A stretch of 60,823 nucleotides of DNA, taken from assembly GCA_019508115.1 (NCBI GenBank), contig JAEKMC010000069.1:1-60823 (forward strand). The letters run 5' to 3'. Positions 39,462 through 48,773 of this stretch are shown piece by piece (within the stretch, counting starts at the first letter, position 1; each line of letters begins with the position of its first letter). The DNA comes from Sphingomonas sp. (GTDB taxonomy: Bacteria > Pseudomonadota > Alphaproteobacteria > Sphingomonadales > Sphingomonadaceae). The notes under the pieces are model-generated. The model saw only the letters and a program-made list of their open reading frames with translations, had not been told where the DNA came from and made no database searches. Made by a program: the position numbers and the translations under genes.

Positions 39462-39815
39462 GTGAAAGCCACGTTCCTGATCGCAGCGTCGTTGATCGCC
39501 GGCGCCGCCGTCGCGCAAACCACGACGCCCGACACACCAGCACCACCTCCGACCGCGCCGATGCCCGCGCCCGACACCACCACGCCGCCGCCTCCCGCGC
39601 CGGCCCCGATGGATTCGACCGCTCCGGCTACGCCGATGAGCAATCCAAGTCCGCCGGCAAGCACGGTCGCGCCGACGCCGCCCGACACGACCAATTACCC
39701 GCCCTGCTCGCGCGGAGTGCAAGACCGTTGCGTCCAGACGCACGAAGGCGCCAGCAGCGCGGGCGTGCCGGCCCATCACCGCGGGCATATGGTCCATCAC
39801 CGCAGGCATAAATGA
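39462..39815 (+). CDS. Secreted Pro/Thr-rich protein with a C-terminal YPxCS(x5)xCxQ motif (paralogue 2)
   Basis: AAGGAG RBS, GTG start, AAVAQ, NYPPCSRGVQDRCVQ and a His-rich end. Confidence 0.8.
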   Translation: MKATFLIAASLIAGAAVAQTTTPDTPAPPPTAPMPAPDTTTPPPPAPAPMDSTAPATPMSNPSPPASTVAPTPPDTTNYPPCSRGVQDRCVQTHEGASSAGVPAHHRGHMVHHRRHK

Positions 39816-39917
39816 TCAGGGTCTGAACCCTCGAAGCCGGGCGGCGGTTGACCGCCGCCGCCCGCCGCGCCAATCCCTCCCCAGAAGGCCGCATCCGGCC
39901 GCAGCGGGGAGAGGGAT

Positions 39918-41189
39918 ATGGCGAAACAAGCAGCGCCTTCGACGCGCCGCGTGCTGGCGGCGAGCCTGATCGGCACCAGCATCGAATTCTACGATTTCTA
40001 CGTCTACACCACCGCCGCGGCGCTGGTGTTCGGGGAGCTTTTCTTTCCGCAGGCCTCGAAAGCCATGGGTCAGTTGGCATCACTGGCGACGATCGGGGTC
40101 GCCTTCGTCGCCCGTCCTTTAGGCTCGCTCTTCTTCGGCCATTTCGGCGATCGCATCGGCCGCAAATCGACGCTCGTCGCCTCGCTGCTGACGATGGGCA
40201 TCTCGACCACGCTGGTGGCGTTGCTGCCCACCTATATCCAGGCGGGCTGGATCGCGGCTTTGCTGCTGTGTGTCCTGCGTTTCGGGCAGGGCTTTGGCCT
40301 TGGCGGCGAATGGGGCGGGGCAGCCTTGCTCGCGGTCGAGAATGCGCCGGAGGGCAAGCGCGCACGCTTCGGCATGTTCCCGCAAATGGGCGCGCCGGTC
40401 GGTTTCATCGCCGCCAACGGCCTGTTCCTGATCCTCGGCGCATGGCTCACCCCGGCGCAGTTCCACGATTGGGGCTGGCGCATCCCCTTCGCTTTGTCCG
40501 CGCTGCTGGTGGTGGTCGGCCTCTGGATCCGCCTGCGCCTGACCGAAACGCCCGAATTCGCCGCCGCCCTGGCCGAAGCGCCGCCGCCGACGGTGCCGTT
40601 CGGAGAGCTCGTATCGCGCCATTTCGGTGCGCTCGCGGTGGGCACGGTCGGGGCGATCGCTTGCTTCGCGCTTTATTATGTCGCGACTGCCTTCGCGCTG
40701 AACTACGGGACCAAGACGCTCGCTTACAGCGCCAAGGACTTCCTCACCGTCCAGCTTGGCGCGATCCTGTTCATGGCGGTCGGCATCTATCTCTCAGCCT
40801 GGTTGTCGGACCGCCATTTCGACGAGCGGCGGGTGCTGATGGCGGGCTGCGTCGGCACGATGGCGGCGGGCTTGCTGATGGCCCCGATGATGCTGTCGGG
40901 CTCGCTCTTCCAGGTCTTTCTGTTCCTGTCGCTGTCGCTCACGTTGATGGGTTTCGTCTACGGCCCGCTCGGTGCATGGCTCCCCAGCCTGTTCCCGGCG
41001 CGGGTGCGCTATACGGGCGTGTCGATGGCGTTCAACGTCGCGGGCGTGCTCGGCGGCGGGCTCACGCCGATGGTCGCGACCGCTTTGTCGAAGAATTATG
41101 GGCTGATGGCGGTCGGCCTCTATTCGGGCGGCGCGGCCCTGATCAGTCTGGTTGCGCTGGCGCTGTTCGGCAAAGCACGGACAGCTTAG
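39918..41189 (+). CDS. MFS transporter, metabolite:H+ symporter family
   Basis: IEFYDFYVY, GHFGDRIGRK, GGEWGGA and WGWRIPF. Confidence 0.93.
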   Translation: MAKQAAPSTRRVLAASLIGTSIEFYDFYVYTTAAALVFGELFFPQASKAMGQLASLATIGVAFVARPLGSLFFGHFGDRIGRKSTLVASLLTMGISTTLVALLPTYIQAGWIAALLLCVLRFGQGFGLGGEWGGAALLAVENAPEGKRARFGMFPQMGAPVGFIAANGLFLILGAWLTPAQFHDWGWRIPFALSALLVVVGLWIRLRLTETPEFAAALAEAPPPTVPFGELVSRHFGALAVGTVGAIACFALYYVATAFALNYGTKTLAYSAKDFLTVQLGAILFMAVGIYLSAWLSDRHFDERRVLMAGCVGTMAAGLLMAPMMLSGSLFQVFLFLSLSLTLMGFVYGPLGAWLPSLFPARVRYTGVSMAFNVAGVLGGGLTPMVATALSKNYGLMAVGLYSGGAALISLVALALFGKARTA

Positions 41190-41697
41190 CGATGCCGTAG
41201 CGGCGCTCGGTATCGAGCGCCCAGCCGTCGGCCGAGACGGTCTCGTCATTGCGCGTCTCGATCGTCGCCCAGGCCGATGGCGCCGCCCAGCCGAGCCGCG
41301 TCATCTTCTCCAGCAATGCGCCCGCGCCGCCGCTGCCATAAGGCGGGTCGAACATCAGCAGATCGTAAGCGCGCCGCGCCGGGCCGATGCTCGAAACCCC
41401 GATCGGCAGCACTTCGCCTTTCGCGCCGAGCATCTCGATATTGGCCTTGATGGCGCGCACCGCGTCGCGATCCTGGTCGACGAAGGTGCAGAAGGCGGCG
41501 CCGCGCGACTGCGCCTCCAGCCCGAGCGCACCCGATCCCGCGAAGATATCGGCCACAGCTAATCCCTCGAACGAACCCAGCCGGCTGGTCAGGATCGAAA
41601 AGAGCGCCTCGCGCATCCGGTCTCCGGTCGGCCGCGTCGTCGCTCCCGGCGGCGCCTTGAGCACGCGCCCGCGCCATTCACCCGCGATGATTCGCAT
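41143..41697 (-). CDS. rsmD: 16S rRNA m2G966 methyltransferase
   Basis: MRIIAGEWRGR, TRPT, FAGSGALGLEA and DPPY. Confidence 0.93.
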   Translation of the reverse strand: MRIIAGEWRGRVLKAPPGATTRPTGDRMREALFSILTSRLGSFEGLAVADIFAGSGALGLEAQSRGAAFCTFVDQDRDAVRAIKANIEMLGAKGEVLPIGVSSIGPARRAYDLLMFDPPYGSGGAGALLEKMTRLGWAAPSAWATIETRNDETVSADGWALDTERRYGIAKLSVLCRTAPAQPD

Positions 41698-41700
41698 CGA

Positions 41701-42594
41701 TCAGCTCCGGGGCTTGGCGGGCGCCGGGCCCGATCGATGGCGGGGGCGTCCGCGGCGACCCCCCGGTGCGGCGGGGGCTGTGGATTGCAGCGTCGGCGGT
41801 TTCGCGCCGCCACTGGGCATATGTGGCGCAGCCTTGAGCGTCTTCCGGAACGCGACCAGATCATGCTGTCGCACCTCGCCCACCTCGCCGACGGGCAAAT
41901 CGTCCAGGATGAATGGGCCGTAGGCGGTGCGGATCAGGCGGCTGACCTGCAGCCCGAGATATTCGAGCACGCGCCGCACCTCGCGATTCTTGCCCTCCTT
42001 CAGCCGCATCTCGATCCACACATTGGCGCCGGTGCGGCGTTCGAGATTGGCGTCGATCGATCCGTAGCGCACGCCCTCGATCTCGACCCCTTCGATCAGG
42101 CTTTCGAGCTGCGCCTGCGTCACGTTGCCGAAGGCGCGTGCGCGGTACGAGCGCTCGACGCCCACCGAAGGTAATTCCAGCTGTCGCTTGAGTTCGCCGT
42201 CGGTGGTGAGCAGCAGCAGGCCTTCGGTATTGAGATCGAGCCGCCCGACCGGAACCACGCGCGGCAGGTCGGGCGGCAATTTGTCATAGATGGTGGGACG
42301 GCCCTTGGGATCGCGCTCGGTCGTGAGCAGACCCGCGGGTTTGTGGAACAGGAACAATCGGGCAGGGGCAGGCGCCTGCACGGGCTTGCCGTCGACCGTC
42401 ACGCCGTGAAGCGAGGTCAGGACGGTGGCGGGCGTCTCGATCGGCTTGCCGTCGATCGCGATTCGGCGCGCCTCGATCATGCGCTCGATCTCGCGGCGCG
42501 AGGCGATGCCCGCACGGGCGAGCAATTTCGCGATACGCTGGGGCTCACGGCCGCCTTTGGCGGACGGACTTTCGGGGGGTGATTTTTGCGACAC
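41701..42594 (-). CDS. S4-domain pseudouridine synthase (RluB-like)
   Basis: RIAKLLARAGIASRRE, VGRLDLNTEGLLL and EGKNREVRR. Confidence 0.92.
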   Translation of the reverse strand: MSQKSPPESPSAKGGREPQRIAKLLARAGIASRREIERMIEARRIAIDGKPIETPATVLTSLHGVTVDGKPVQAPAPARLFLFHKPAGLLTTERDPKGRPTIYDKLPPDLPRVVPVGRLDLNTEGLLLLTTDGELKRQLELPSVGVERSYRARAFGNVTQAQLESLIEGVEIEGVRYGSIDANLERRTGANVWIEMRLKEGKNREVRRVLEYLGLQVSRLIRTAYGPFILDDLPVGEVGEVRQHDLVAFRKTLKAAPHMPSGGAKPPTLQSTAPAAPGGRRGRPRHRSGPAPAKPRS

Positions 42595-42697
42595 GTCGCG
42601 TTTCTAGACGTGCACGTCGCAACTTTCCCACAAAAAGCTTGTCAAAAAGCCGTTCTATTGATTCCTAGTGCTGTGGATAAGTGGGCGGTGGGATAGC

Positions 42698-43717
42698 GTG
42701 ACGGGTAAAAAGGGGCGTAGATTCACGATCTTGGCAGGCATGAGCCTGCTCGTAACCGCGCTTTCGGCGCAGGCTCCGCTTGGTTACGGAAGCCAATTCC
42801 AGGTCGAAGCGGCGCGCATGCCGACGCTCGCCGAGCAGCTCGGCACGCTCGCCAACGTGAATGACGGCCGGCTCGGAATCGCCGCGACCGATCTCGAAAC
42901 GGGCAAAACCGTCACCTTCGCGGGCAGCCATCCTTTCCCGATGGCGAGCACGGTCAAGGTCGCGATCGCCGGCGCCTATCTGGCGGGCGTGGACAATGGC
43001 CGCTTCGATCTCGACCAGCATTATCGCTACGGCCGCCGCGCAAAGTTGACCGCGAGCCAGCTGATGGAGCGGATGCTGATTCGCAGCGACAACGGCGCCG
43101 CCGACATCCTGTTGAGGGCGGTGGGCGGGCCTGGCGCGGTCAATGCCTGGCTGTCGCGTGCGGGTGTCCGTGGCCAGCGCATGGACCGCACGATCGCGCG
43201 CCTGGTCCACGACGATCGCGGCTGGACCGGTCGGCGGGTGCCGGTGAACCTGCCCCGCACGCCGCTCGAGGTCGCACAATCGGCGACGCTGAACGACGAT
43301 GGCCAGATCGATCCGGCCTTCGTCGGCGATGCGCGCGATACGTCGACACCCTCGGCGATGGTCCACTTGCTCGCCAAATTGCACAAGGGCGCGCTGCTGA
43401 GCGAGCGGAGCACCGAATATCTGTTCGACGTGATGGCGCGCTGCATCACCGGGCGCAGCCGGCTCAAGGGCCAGCTCCCCGCCGGCACCCCCGTCGCGCA
43501 CAAGACCGGCACGCTCGCCGGCGTGTCCGATGACGTGGGCATCGTGACCTTGCCCAACGGACATCATCTGGCGATCGCGGTCTTTGCCAAGGGAATGCGC
43601 ACCGAATGGGAGCGCGATCGCAACATCGCCCTGGCGACGCGCGTCCTCTATGACGGTTTCACCGCGTTCGATCCGTCGACCACGATCGCTTCGATGGGAC
43701 GCACGATCGCGCGCTGA
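42698..43717 (+). CDS. Class A beta-lactamase-like serine hydrolase lacking Glu166
   Basis: FPMASTVK, SDN and HKTG motifs. Omega loop reads RMDRTIARL. Start uncertain. Confidence 0.85.
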   Translation: MTGKKGRRFTILAGMSLLVTALSAQAPLGYGSQFQVEAARMPTLAEQLGTLANVNDGRLGIAATDLETGKTVTFAGSHPFPMASTVKVAIAGAYLAGVDNGRFDLDQHYRYGRRAKLTASQLMERMLIRSDNGAADILLRAVGGPGAVNAWLSRAGVRGQRMDRTIARLVHDDRGWTGRRVPVNLPRTPLEVAQSATLNDDGQIDPAFVGDARDTSTPSAMVHLLAKLHKGALLSERSTEYLFDVMARCITGRSRLKGQLPAGTPVAHKTGTLAGVSDDVGIVTLPNGHHLAIAVFAKGMRTEWERDRNIALATRVLYDGFTAFDPSTTIASMGRTIAR

Positions 43718-43731
43718 GGCACTGCACACCC

Positions 43732-43808
43732 CCGTTCGTGCTGAGCGAAGTCGAAGCACGCTCCCCAACTGTGTCGCAGCGCCCTTCGACTTCGCTCAGG
43801 GCGAACGG
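43732..43808. repeat. REP doublet
   Basis: ccgttcgtgctgagcgaagtcgaag / cttcgacttcgctcagggcgaacgg. Confidence 0.8.
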
Positions 43809-43810
43809 AC

Positions 43811-45064
43811 TTAGGACTGAGCAGCGGTCCCAGAGGAAGGCTCCAGTGCCTTCTCCCACTTCGCCACCAGGGTCGACGCGACGGCATTGCCGACGACGTT
43901 GGTGCCGGTCCGTCCCATGTCGAGGAACTGATCGACCGCGAGGATCAGCAGCAGTCCCGCCTCCGGGATATGGAAGGCGCCGAGCGTGGAGGAGATCACG
44001 ACCAGGCTTGCGCGCGGCACGCTGGCGATGCCCTTCGACGTCACCATCAAGAGCAGCATCATCGTCAGCTGCTGCGTGATCGAGAGGTGGATGCCATAGG
44101 CCTGCGCGATGAACATCGTCGCGAAGCTGCAATACATCATCGAGCCGTCGAGATTGAACGAATAGCCCAGCGGCAGCACGAAACCCGCGATCCGCGGCGG
44201 CACGCCGAACCGCTCGAGCGCCTCCAGCGTGCGTGGAAAGGCGGCCTCCGACGACGCGGTCGAGAAGGCGATCAGGAACGGCGCGCGGATGTGCAGGAAC
44301 AGCTCCTTGGCGCGTGGACCGCCGACCGCGACCGCCGCGACGCCGAACAGCACCGCCCACAGGCATGCCAGCGCCAGATAGAAACCGCCCATGAAATAGC
44401 CGAAGGTGATGACGATCCCCAGGCCTTCCTTCATCACCGCGCTCGTCACCGCCGCGAACACCGCGAACGGCGCGAGGCGCATGACGTAATCGGTGATCTG
44501 CAGCATCAATTGCGCGAGCGAATCCATCGCCTTCACGATCGGCGCCGCTTTCTCGCCGATCGCGGTGGCCGCGACGCCGGCGAAGGTCGCGAACACCACG
44601 ATCTGCAGGATCGCGTTCTTCGCGAGCGCGTCGAAGATCGACGCGGGCACCAGATCGAGGATGAAGTCCTTGAGCACGAAATGTGCCTGCGCGATCCCGT
44701 TCGCTTCGTTGGCGGGCGGCAGGGGCAGCCCGACGCCCACGCCCGGGCGGATCACGTTCACGAACAGCAGGCCGAGCCCGATCGAGACGAAGCCGGCCAA
44801 TAGGAACCAGCCGATCGTGCGCGCGCCCATCCGCCCCAACGCCGACCTGTCACCCATATGCGCGATGCCGCCCATCAGGGTCGCGAACACCAAGGGCGCG
44901 ATGATCATCTTTATCAGCTTGAGGAACAGGCCGGTCAGGATCGAAAGCGCATCCGCGATCGTTGCGGCAGCGGATGAATCGGTGACTGTTTGATTGAGGA
45001 TGAAGCCGACGATGATTCCCAGAATCATCGCGACGAGGATCAATATGGTAATGCGTTTCGCCAC
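43811..45064 (-). CDS. Dicarboxylate/amino acid:cation symporter (DAACS)
   Basis: FLKLIKMIIAPLVF, AFSTASSE, GYSFNLDG and DMGRTGTNVVGNA. Confidence 0.93.
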   Translation of the reverse strand: MAKRITILILVAMILGIIVGFILNQTVTDSSAAATIADALSILTGLFLKLIKMIIAPLVFATLMGGIAHMGDRSALGRMGARTIGWFLLAGFVSIGLGLLFVNVIRPGVGVGLPLPPANEANGIAQAHFVLKDFILDLVPASIFDALAKNAILQIVVFATFAGVAATAIGEKAAPIVKAMDSLAQLMLQITDYVMRLAPFAVFAAVTSAVMKEGLGIVITFGYFMGGFYLALACLWAVLFGVAAVAVGGPRAKELFLHIRAPFLIAFSTASSEAAFPRTLEALERFGVPPRIAGFVLPLGYSFNLDGSMMYCSFATMFIAQAYGIHLSITQQLTMMLLLMVTSKGIASVPRASLVVISSTLGAFHIPEAGLLLILAVDQFLDMGRTGTNVVGNAVASTLVAKWEKALEPSSGTAAQS

Positions 45065-45144
45065 GTCGCTCTCTTTCACCCGGAAGGCGTCGTGGTCGGG
45101 GCAAAGGGGCGGGCCGTCAAGCCCGCCCAACAAGGGAAGGAGTC

Positions 45145-45567
45145 ATGGTGTTCGGCAGGCGTGAGCGCACGTTGCGGCGCATCCTCATCGTCGAGGATGA
45201 GCCCTTGGTTGCGTTCGACAACGAGCATTTCCTGCGTGACGCGGGCTATGAGATCGTCGCCACGGTTGATACCGTGTCCGAAGCGGTCGGGGCGATCACT
45301 GAGCAGGTCGATCTGGTGCTGGCGGATGTCAATCTGTCCGACGGCGGTTGCGGCCAGGATGTCGCGCGCGCCGCGCAGCAAAAAGGCGTGCCCCTGATCT
45401 TCGTCACCGGCAGCCCGCCCGAGAATGTGAAGGATCTGGCGGTAGGTTTGCTGTCCAAACCCTATAGCCAGCGCGATTTGCTTGCGGCGATCGAGTTGGT
45501 CGATGCCAAATTATCCGGCAAGCCGGCCAAACGCCCGCCGCGCAGCTTCACCTTGTTTGCGACTTAG
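45145..45567 (+). CDS. Single-domain response regulator
   Basis: ILIVEDE, LADVNL, FVTG and KPY. Confidence 0.88.
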   Translation: MVFGRRERTLRRILIVEDEPLVAFDNEHFLRDAGYEIVATVDTVSEAVGAITEQVDLVLADVNLSDGGCGQDVARAAQQKGVPLIFVTGSPPENVKDLAVGLLSKPYSQRDLLAAIELVDAKLSGKPAKRPPRSFTLFAT

Positions 45568-45593
45568 GTAGCCGTGGCGGCCTGAGCCCTTGT

Positions 45594-45676
45594 CCGTCAT
45601 TCCCGCGAAGGCGGGAATCCACTCCGCGGCTTGGCGTTGACCTCCCGGTGGATTCCCGCCTTCGCGGGAATGACGG
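45594..45676. repeat. REP doublet with perfect 29-bp arms
   Basis: ccgtcattcccgcgaaggcgggaatccac / gtggattcccgccttcgcgggaatgacgg. Confidence 0.85.
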
Positions 45677-45754
45677 CCGTAGGGACAAAGCCTGTTTCAC
45701 TCGCGACGGCTTTCCTTCTAAGCTCCGGCTAAATCGGCAGAGGGCGAGGGGCAA

Positions 45755-47413
45755 ATGGCGGAAAAGATCGGCGGATTCGCTTTGCTTCGCAGGGCGCTCA
45801 CGGACCGCAAGACCGGGCTGATGCTCGCCTTCGGTTTCTCTGCCGGGCTGCCCTTCACGCTTCTGATCGGCACGATCAACGCCTGGCTGGGCGAGGCCAA
45901 GATCAGCCTCGCCACCATCGGCATCCTCTCGTGGATCGGGCTCGCCTACGGCTTTCAGTTCCTGTGGTCGCCCCTGGTCGATCAATGGCGCCCGCCTTTG
46001 CTGGCGAAGCTCGGGCGCCGGCGAAGCTGGATCCTGCTCTGCCAAGTGATATTGGCGCTCTGCTTCCTCGGCCTAGCGACGACCGATCCGGCGGTGTCGC
46101 TGGGCGCCGTCGCGGGCATCGCCGTGATCGGCGCTTTCTTCTCGGCGACGCAGAATATCGCGATTGATGCCTGGCGCGTCGATGTCGCGGACGAGCGCGC
46201 CACGGTCGAAATCCTCTCCTCCATCTACCAGTTCGGCTTCCGGCTCGCGGCATTATTCGGCGGTGCGTTCGCGCTGATGCTGGCCGCCCGGATGAGCTGG
46301 CAGTCGGTCTATGCGATCATGGGCGGGCTGATGGCATTGATGATGCTCGCGACCTTCGCCGCGCCCGATACGCCCGCGCCCGCGCACGAAGGCGCACCAC
46401 TTGCGGGTTTTGCAGTTCCGGATCGGCGCACGCGCATGATCGGCCTGATCATCGTCGGCATTGGCTGGATCTGGGCGATCGCGACGCTGGCGGCCTTCAT
46501 GGTGAAGGCGCTTCATGGTCCCGGCCCCGACGGAAAGCCCGTATCGGCGGGGGACTTCACGAGGAATTTCGGCCCATGGATCGTGATCGCGACCATCATC
46601 GCGCCGGCGGTCGTCGCCGCCTGGTTGAACCGGAGCGCTTCGCTCGACCAGTCGCAACCCGGCGGCACGCTCGCACGCGGCACGGATCGTCTGTATCGCT
46701 CGCTGGTCCTGCCTTTGGGCGAATTGATCGAGCGGCTGGGCTGGGGCGCGATCATCGTGCTCGGCCTGATCCTGACCTATCGCCTGTGCGAGTCGATATG
46801 GGGCCCGTTCGCTTATCCCTTCTACCTGCAGGAGATGCATTACACGAACGACGAGGTCGCCTTCGCCTCCAAGATATTCGGCGTGTTCATGCTGATGACG
46901 GGCATCGCGCTCGGCGGCGTGCTGTTCGCGACGATCGGCCGCATGCCGACCTTGCTCGTGGGCGCGGTGATCACCGCCGTCGCCAACCTGCTCTACGCCG
47001 ATCTTGCGGCGGGCGGCGCCTGGCTCGACGGCTTCTCGCATCTGACCCGGCTCGACCGGCTCACCGCTTTGTTCGGCTTCGATCCGCGCATGAACCGGCT
47101 GCTGCTGACGATCGGACTGGAGAATAATTGCAGCGGTTTGGCGGGCGGCGCTTATGTCGCCTATCTCTCCTCGATCACGTCCAAGAAGCACAGCGCGGTA
47201 CAATATGCGCTGCTCTCGTCGCTCACCTTGCTGATCGGTGCGCTCGGACGCGGCGCATTCGGCGAAGGAATCCAGACCTATGGTTACCCGACCATGTTCC
47301 GTTTCGCGGCGTGGATCGGGCTGCTCGGCATCGGCTTCGTGATCCTCGAATGGGTGCGTGTCGCGCGGGCGGAGCGCAAGCGCGAGCCCGGCGGGACGGG
47401 CGAGACCGGCTGA
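45755..47413 (+). CDS. ampG: AmpG-family muropeptide MFS transporter
   Basis: GFSAGLPF, FLWSPLVD, GRRRSW, SATQNIAIDAWR and QYALLSS. Confidence 0.88.
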   Translation: MAEKIGGFALLRRALTDRKTGLMLAFGFSAGLPFTLLIGTINAWLGEAKISLATIGILSWIGLAYGFQFLWSPLVDQWRPPLLAKLGRRRSWILLCQVILALCFLGLATTDPAVSLGAVAGIAVIGAFFSATQNIAIDAWRVDVADERATVEILSSIYQFGFRLAALFGGAFALMLAARMSWQSVYAIMGGLMALMMLATFAAPDTPAPAHEGAPLAGFAVPDRRTRMIGLIIVGIGWIWAIATLAAFMVKALHGPGPDGKPVSAGDFTRNFGPWIVIATIIAPAVVAAWLNRSASLDQSQPGGTLARGTDRLYRSLVLPLGELIERLGWGAIIVLGLILTYRLCESIWGPFAYPFYLQEMHYTNDEVAFASKIFGVFMLMTGIALGGVLFATIGRMPTLLVGAVITAVANLLYADLAAGGAWLDGFSHLTRLDRLTALFGFDPRMNRLLLTIGLENNCSGLAGGAYVAYLSSITSKKHSAVQYALLSSLTLLIGALGRGAFGEGIQTYGYPTMFRFAAWIGLLGIGFVILEWVRVARAERKREPGGTGETG

Positions 47414-47416
47414 TCC

Positions 47417-48298
47417 ATGCCGTCGGATGTACGCCGCTTCGCCTGCACGTCATGCGGGCGCTGCTGCAACAGAGCGCCGGAGATGGAGCTGAGCGAGGCG
47501 ACCGGCCTGGCCGGCACGTTCGTCACGTCCTTGCTCTTCCGGATCCACAGCCTGCCGCTCGGCGATCGGTCCGAATGGGCGGGGCGCTGGTGGCGCGATC
47601 GGGGGAGCCGGATTCCGCTCCGTCCCGCGCTCGACGAGGCGGAGCGGCATCTGCGCCTGTTCGCGAGCCGGCGGATCGACAAAAGCCGTGACCGGCAAAT
47701 ATTTCTCGATATCTCCGCCATCGCCGACGACGAGGGACAAGGGCGCTGCCCGGCTCTGGCCGACAATCTCTGCACGATCTATGAGGCGCGGCCGCAGACA
47801 TGCCGCACCGTCCCGCTCCATTATTCGCGTGCGCCGTCGACGCTGGAAAACTATCTCGATCGCTTCACGGCCACGCCGGACTATCGCTGCGACACCTCGC
47901 TCGCCGCGCCGGCCATTCTCGACGGGAACAAGGTCCTCGACCCACAAATAGCGGACGAGCGCGCGAAGGCGGTTACGCTCGCAAAGGCGGATCGCCGTTG
48001 GAAGGAGCGGATGGTCGCGCTGATGGCCGACCCGGCTGAGGCGGCCGCCGCCGGATTGCCGACTTACGATGCGGTCCTGAGCAGTTCGGACAATGGCTTT
48101 GCCACGATGCTTCCGATGATCGTCGCCTGGCGCGTCGCTGCCAAGGAGGGGCTCCTGTCCCGGGAAACGCTGCAGGATATTTGCCGCAAGCAGGCGGCCC
48201 TGATCAGGGCAAGGATCGCGCGGAGTGGCAGGGGAGGGGCATCGAAGGAGCTTCTCGATACGGTTGCGCTGTATGAGCGTGAGTTTGGTGGAAGTTGA
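47417..48298 (+). CDS. YkgJ family cysteine-cluster protein
   Basis: CTSCGRCC and CPAL...CTIYEARPQTCRTVP. Confidence 0.85.
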   Translation: MPSDVRRFACTSCGRCCNRAPEMELSEATGLAGTFVTSLLFRIHSLPLGDRSEWAGRWWRDRGSRIPLRPALDEAERHLRLFASRRIDKSRDRQIFLDISAIADDEGQGRCPALADNLCTIYEARPQTCRTVPLHYSRAPSTLENYLDRFTATPDYRCDTSLAAPAILDGNKVLDPQIADERAKAVTLAKADRRWKERMVALMADPAEAAAAGLPTYDAVLSSSDNGFATMLPMIVAWRVAAKEGLLSRETLQDICRKQAALIRARIARSGRGGASKELLDTVALYEREFGGS

Positions 48299-48302
48299 TG
48301 GC

Positions 48303-48370
48303 TGTTCCCCGGCGAAAGCCGGGGCCCAGGCCCACGGTCACAACTGGACCCCGGCTTTCGGCGGGGAACA
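48303..48370. repeat. REP doublet
   Basis: tgttccccggcgaaagccggggcccag / ctggaccccggctttcggcggggaaca. Confidence 0.8.
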
Positions 48371-48376
48371 ACGGCC

Positions 48377-48727
48377 TCACCCCGTAACCGGCAGCCGTAT
48401 TTCACCGTTGGGCTCATATTCGAGCGGGCTATAGGCCAGGACCACGTCGAGCGTGATCGGTGCGCCGTAGATGTGCGGGAAGAGCGCGCCCCCGCGCGAT
48501 TCCTCCCATTTCACCGCGTCGCCCAACGCCTCCAGGTCGACCGCGACCAGTTGCAGTCCGGTCTGGCCGGCGAAATGCTTGTCGATCGTGCCCGCCAGCT
48601 GATCGGCGGTGGAAAGGTGGATATAGCCGTCGGCCAGATCCACCGGCGCACCGGCGAAGCTGCCCTGATGTTCGAGCGCGTCGAGCTGGTCCGCGGTCAG
48701 CACCTTGTAAGCGATCGAATCGGGCAT
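48377..48727 (-). CDS. DUF952 family protein
   Basis: AYKVLT, DLADGYIHLST and WEESRGGALFPHIYG. Confidence 0.9.
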   Translation of the reverse strand: MPDSIAYKVLTADQLDALEHQGSFAGAPVDLADGYIHLSTADQLAGTIDKHFAGQTGLQLVAVDLEALGDAVKWEESRGGALFPHIYGAPITLDVVLAYSPLEYEPNGEIRLPVTG

Positions 48728-48773
48728 TTTCGTCTCCTCAGCGCCGCCGGGCGAAGCGAGTGATGGTCGGCCC

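Noticed and set aside
42600-42700. Replication origin
   Set aside because: Only one perfect DnaA box, a short region, and no origin-typical neighbours such as hemE or dnaA.
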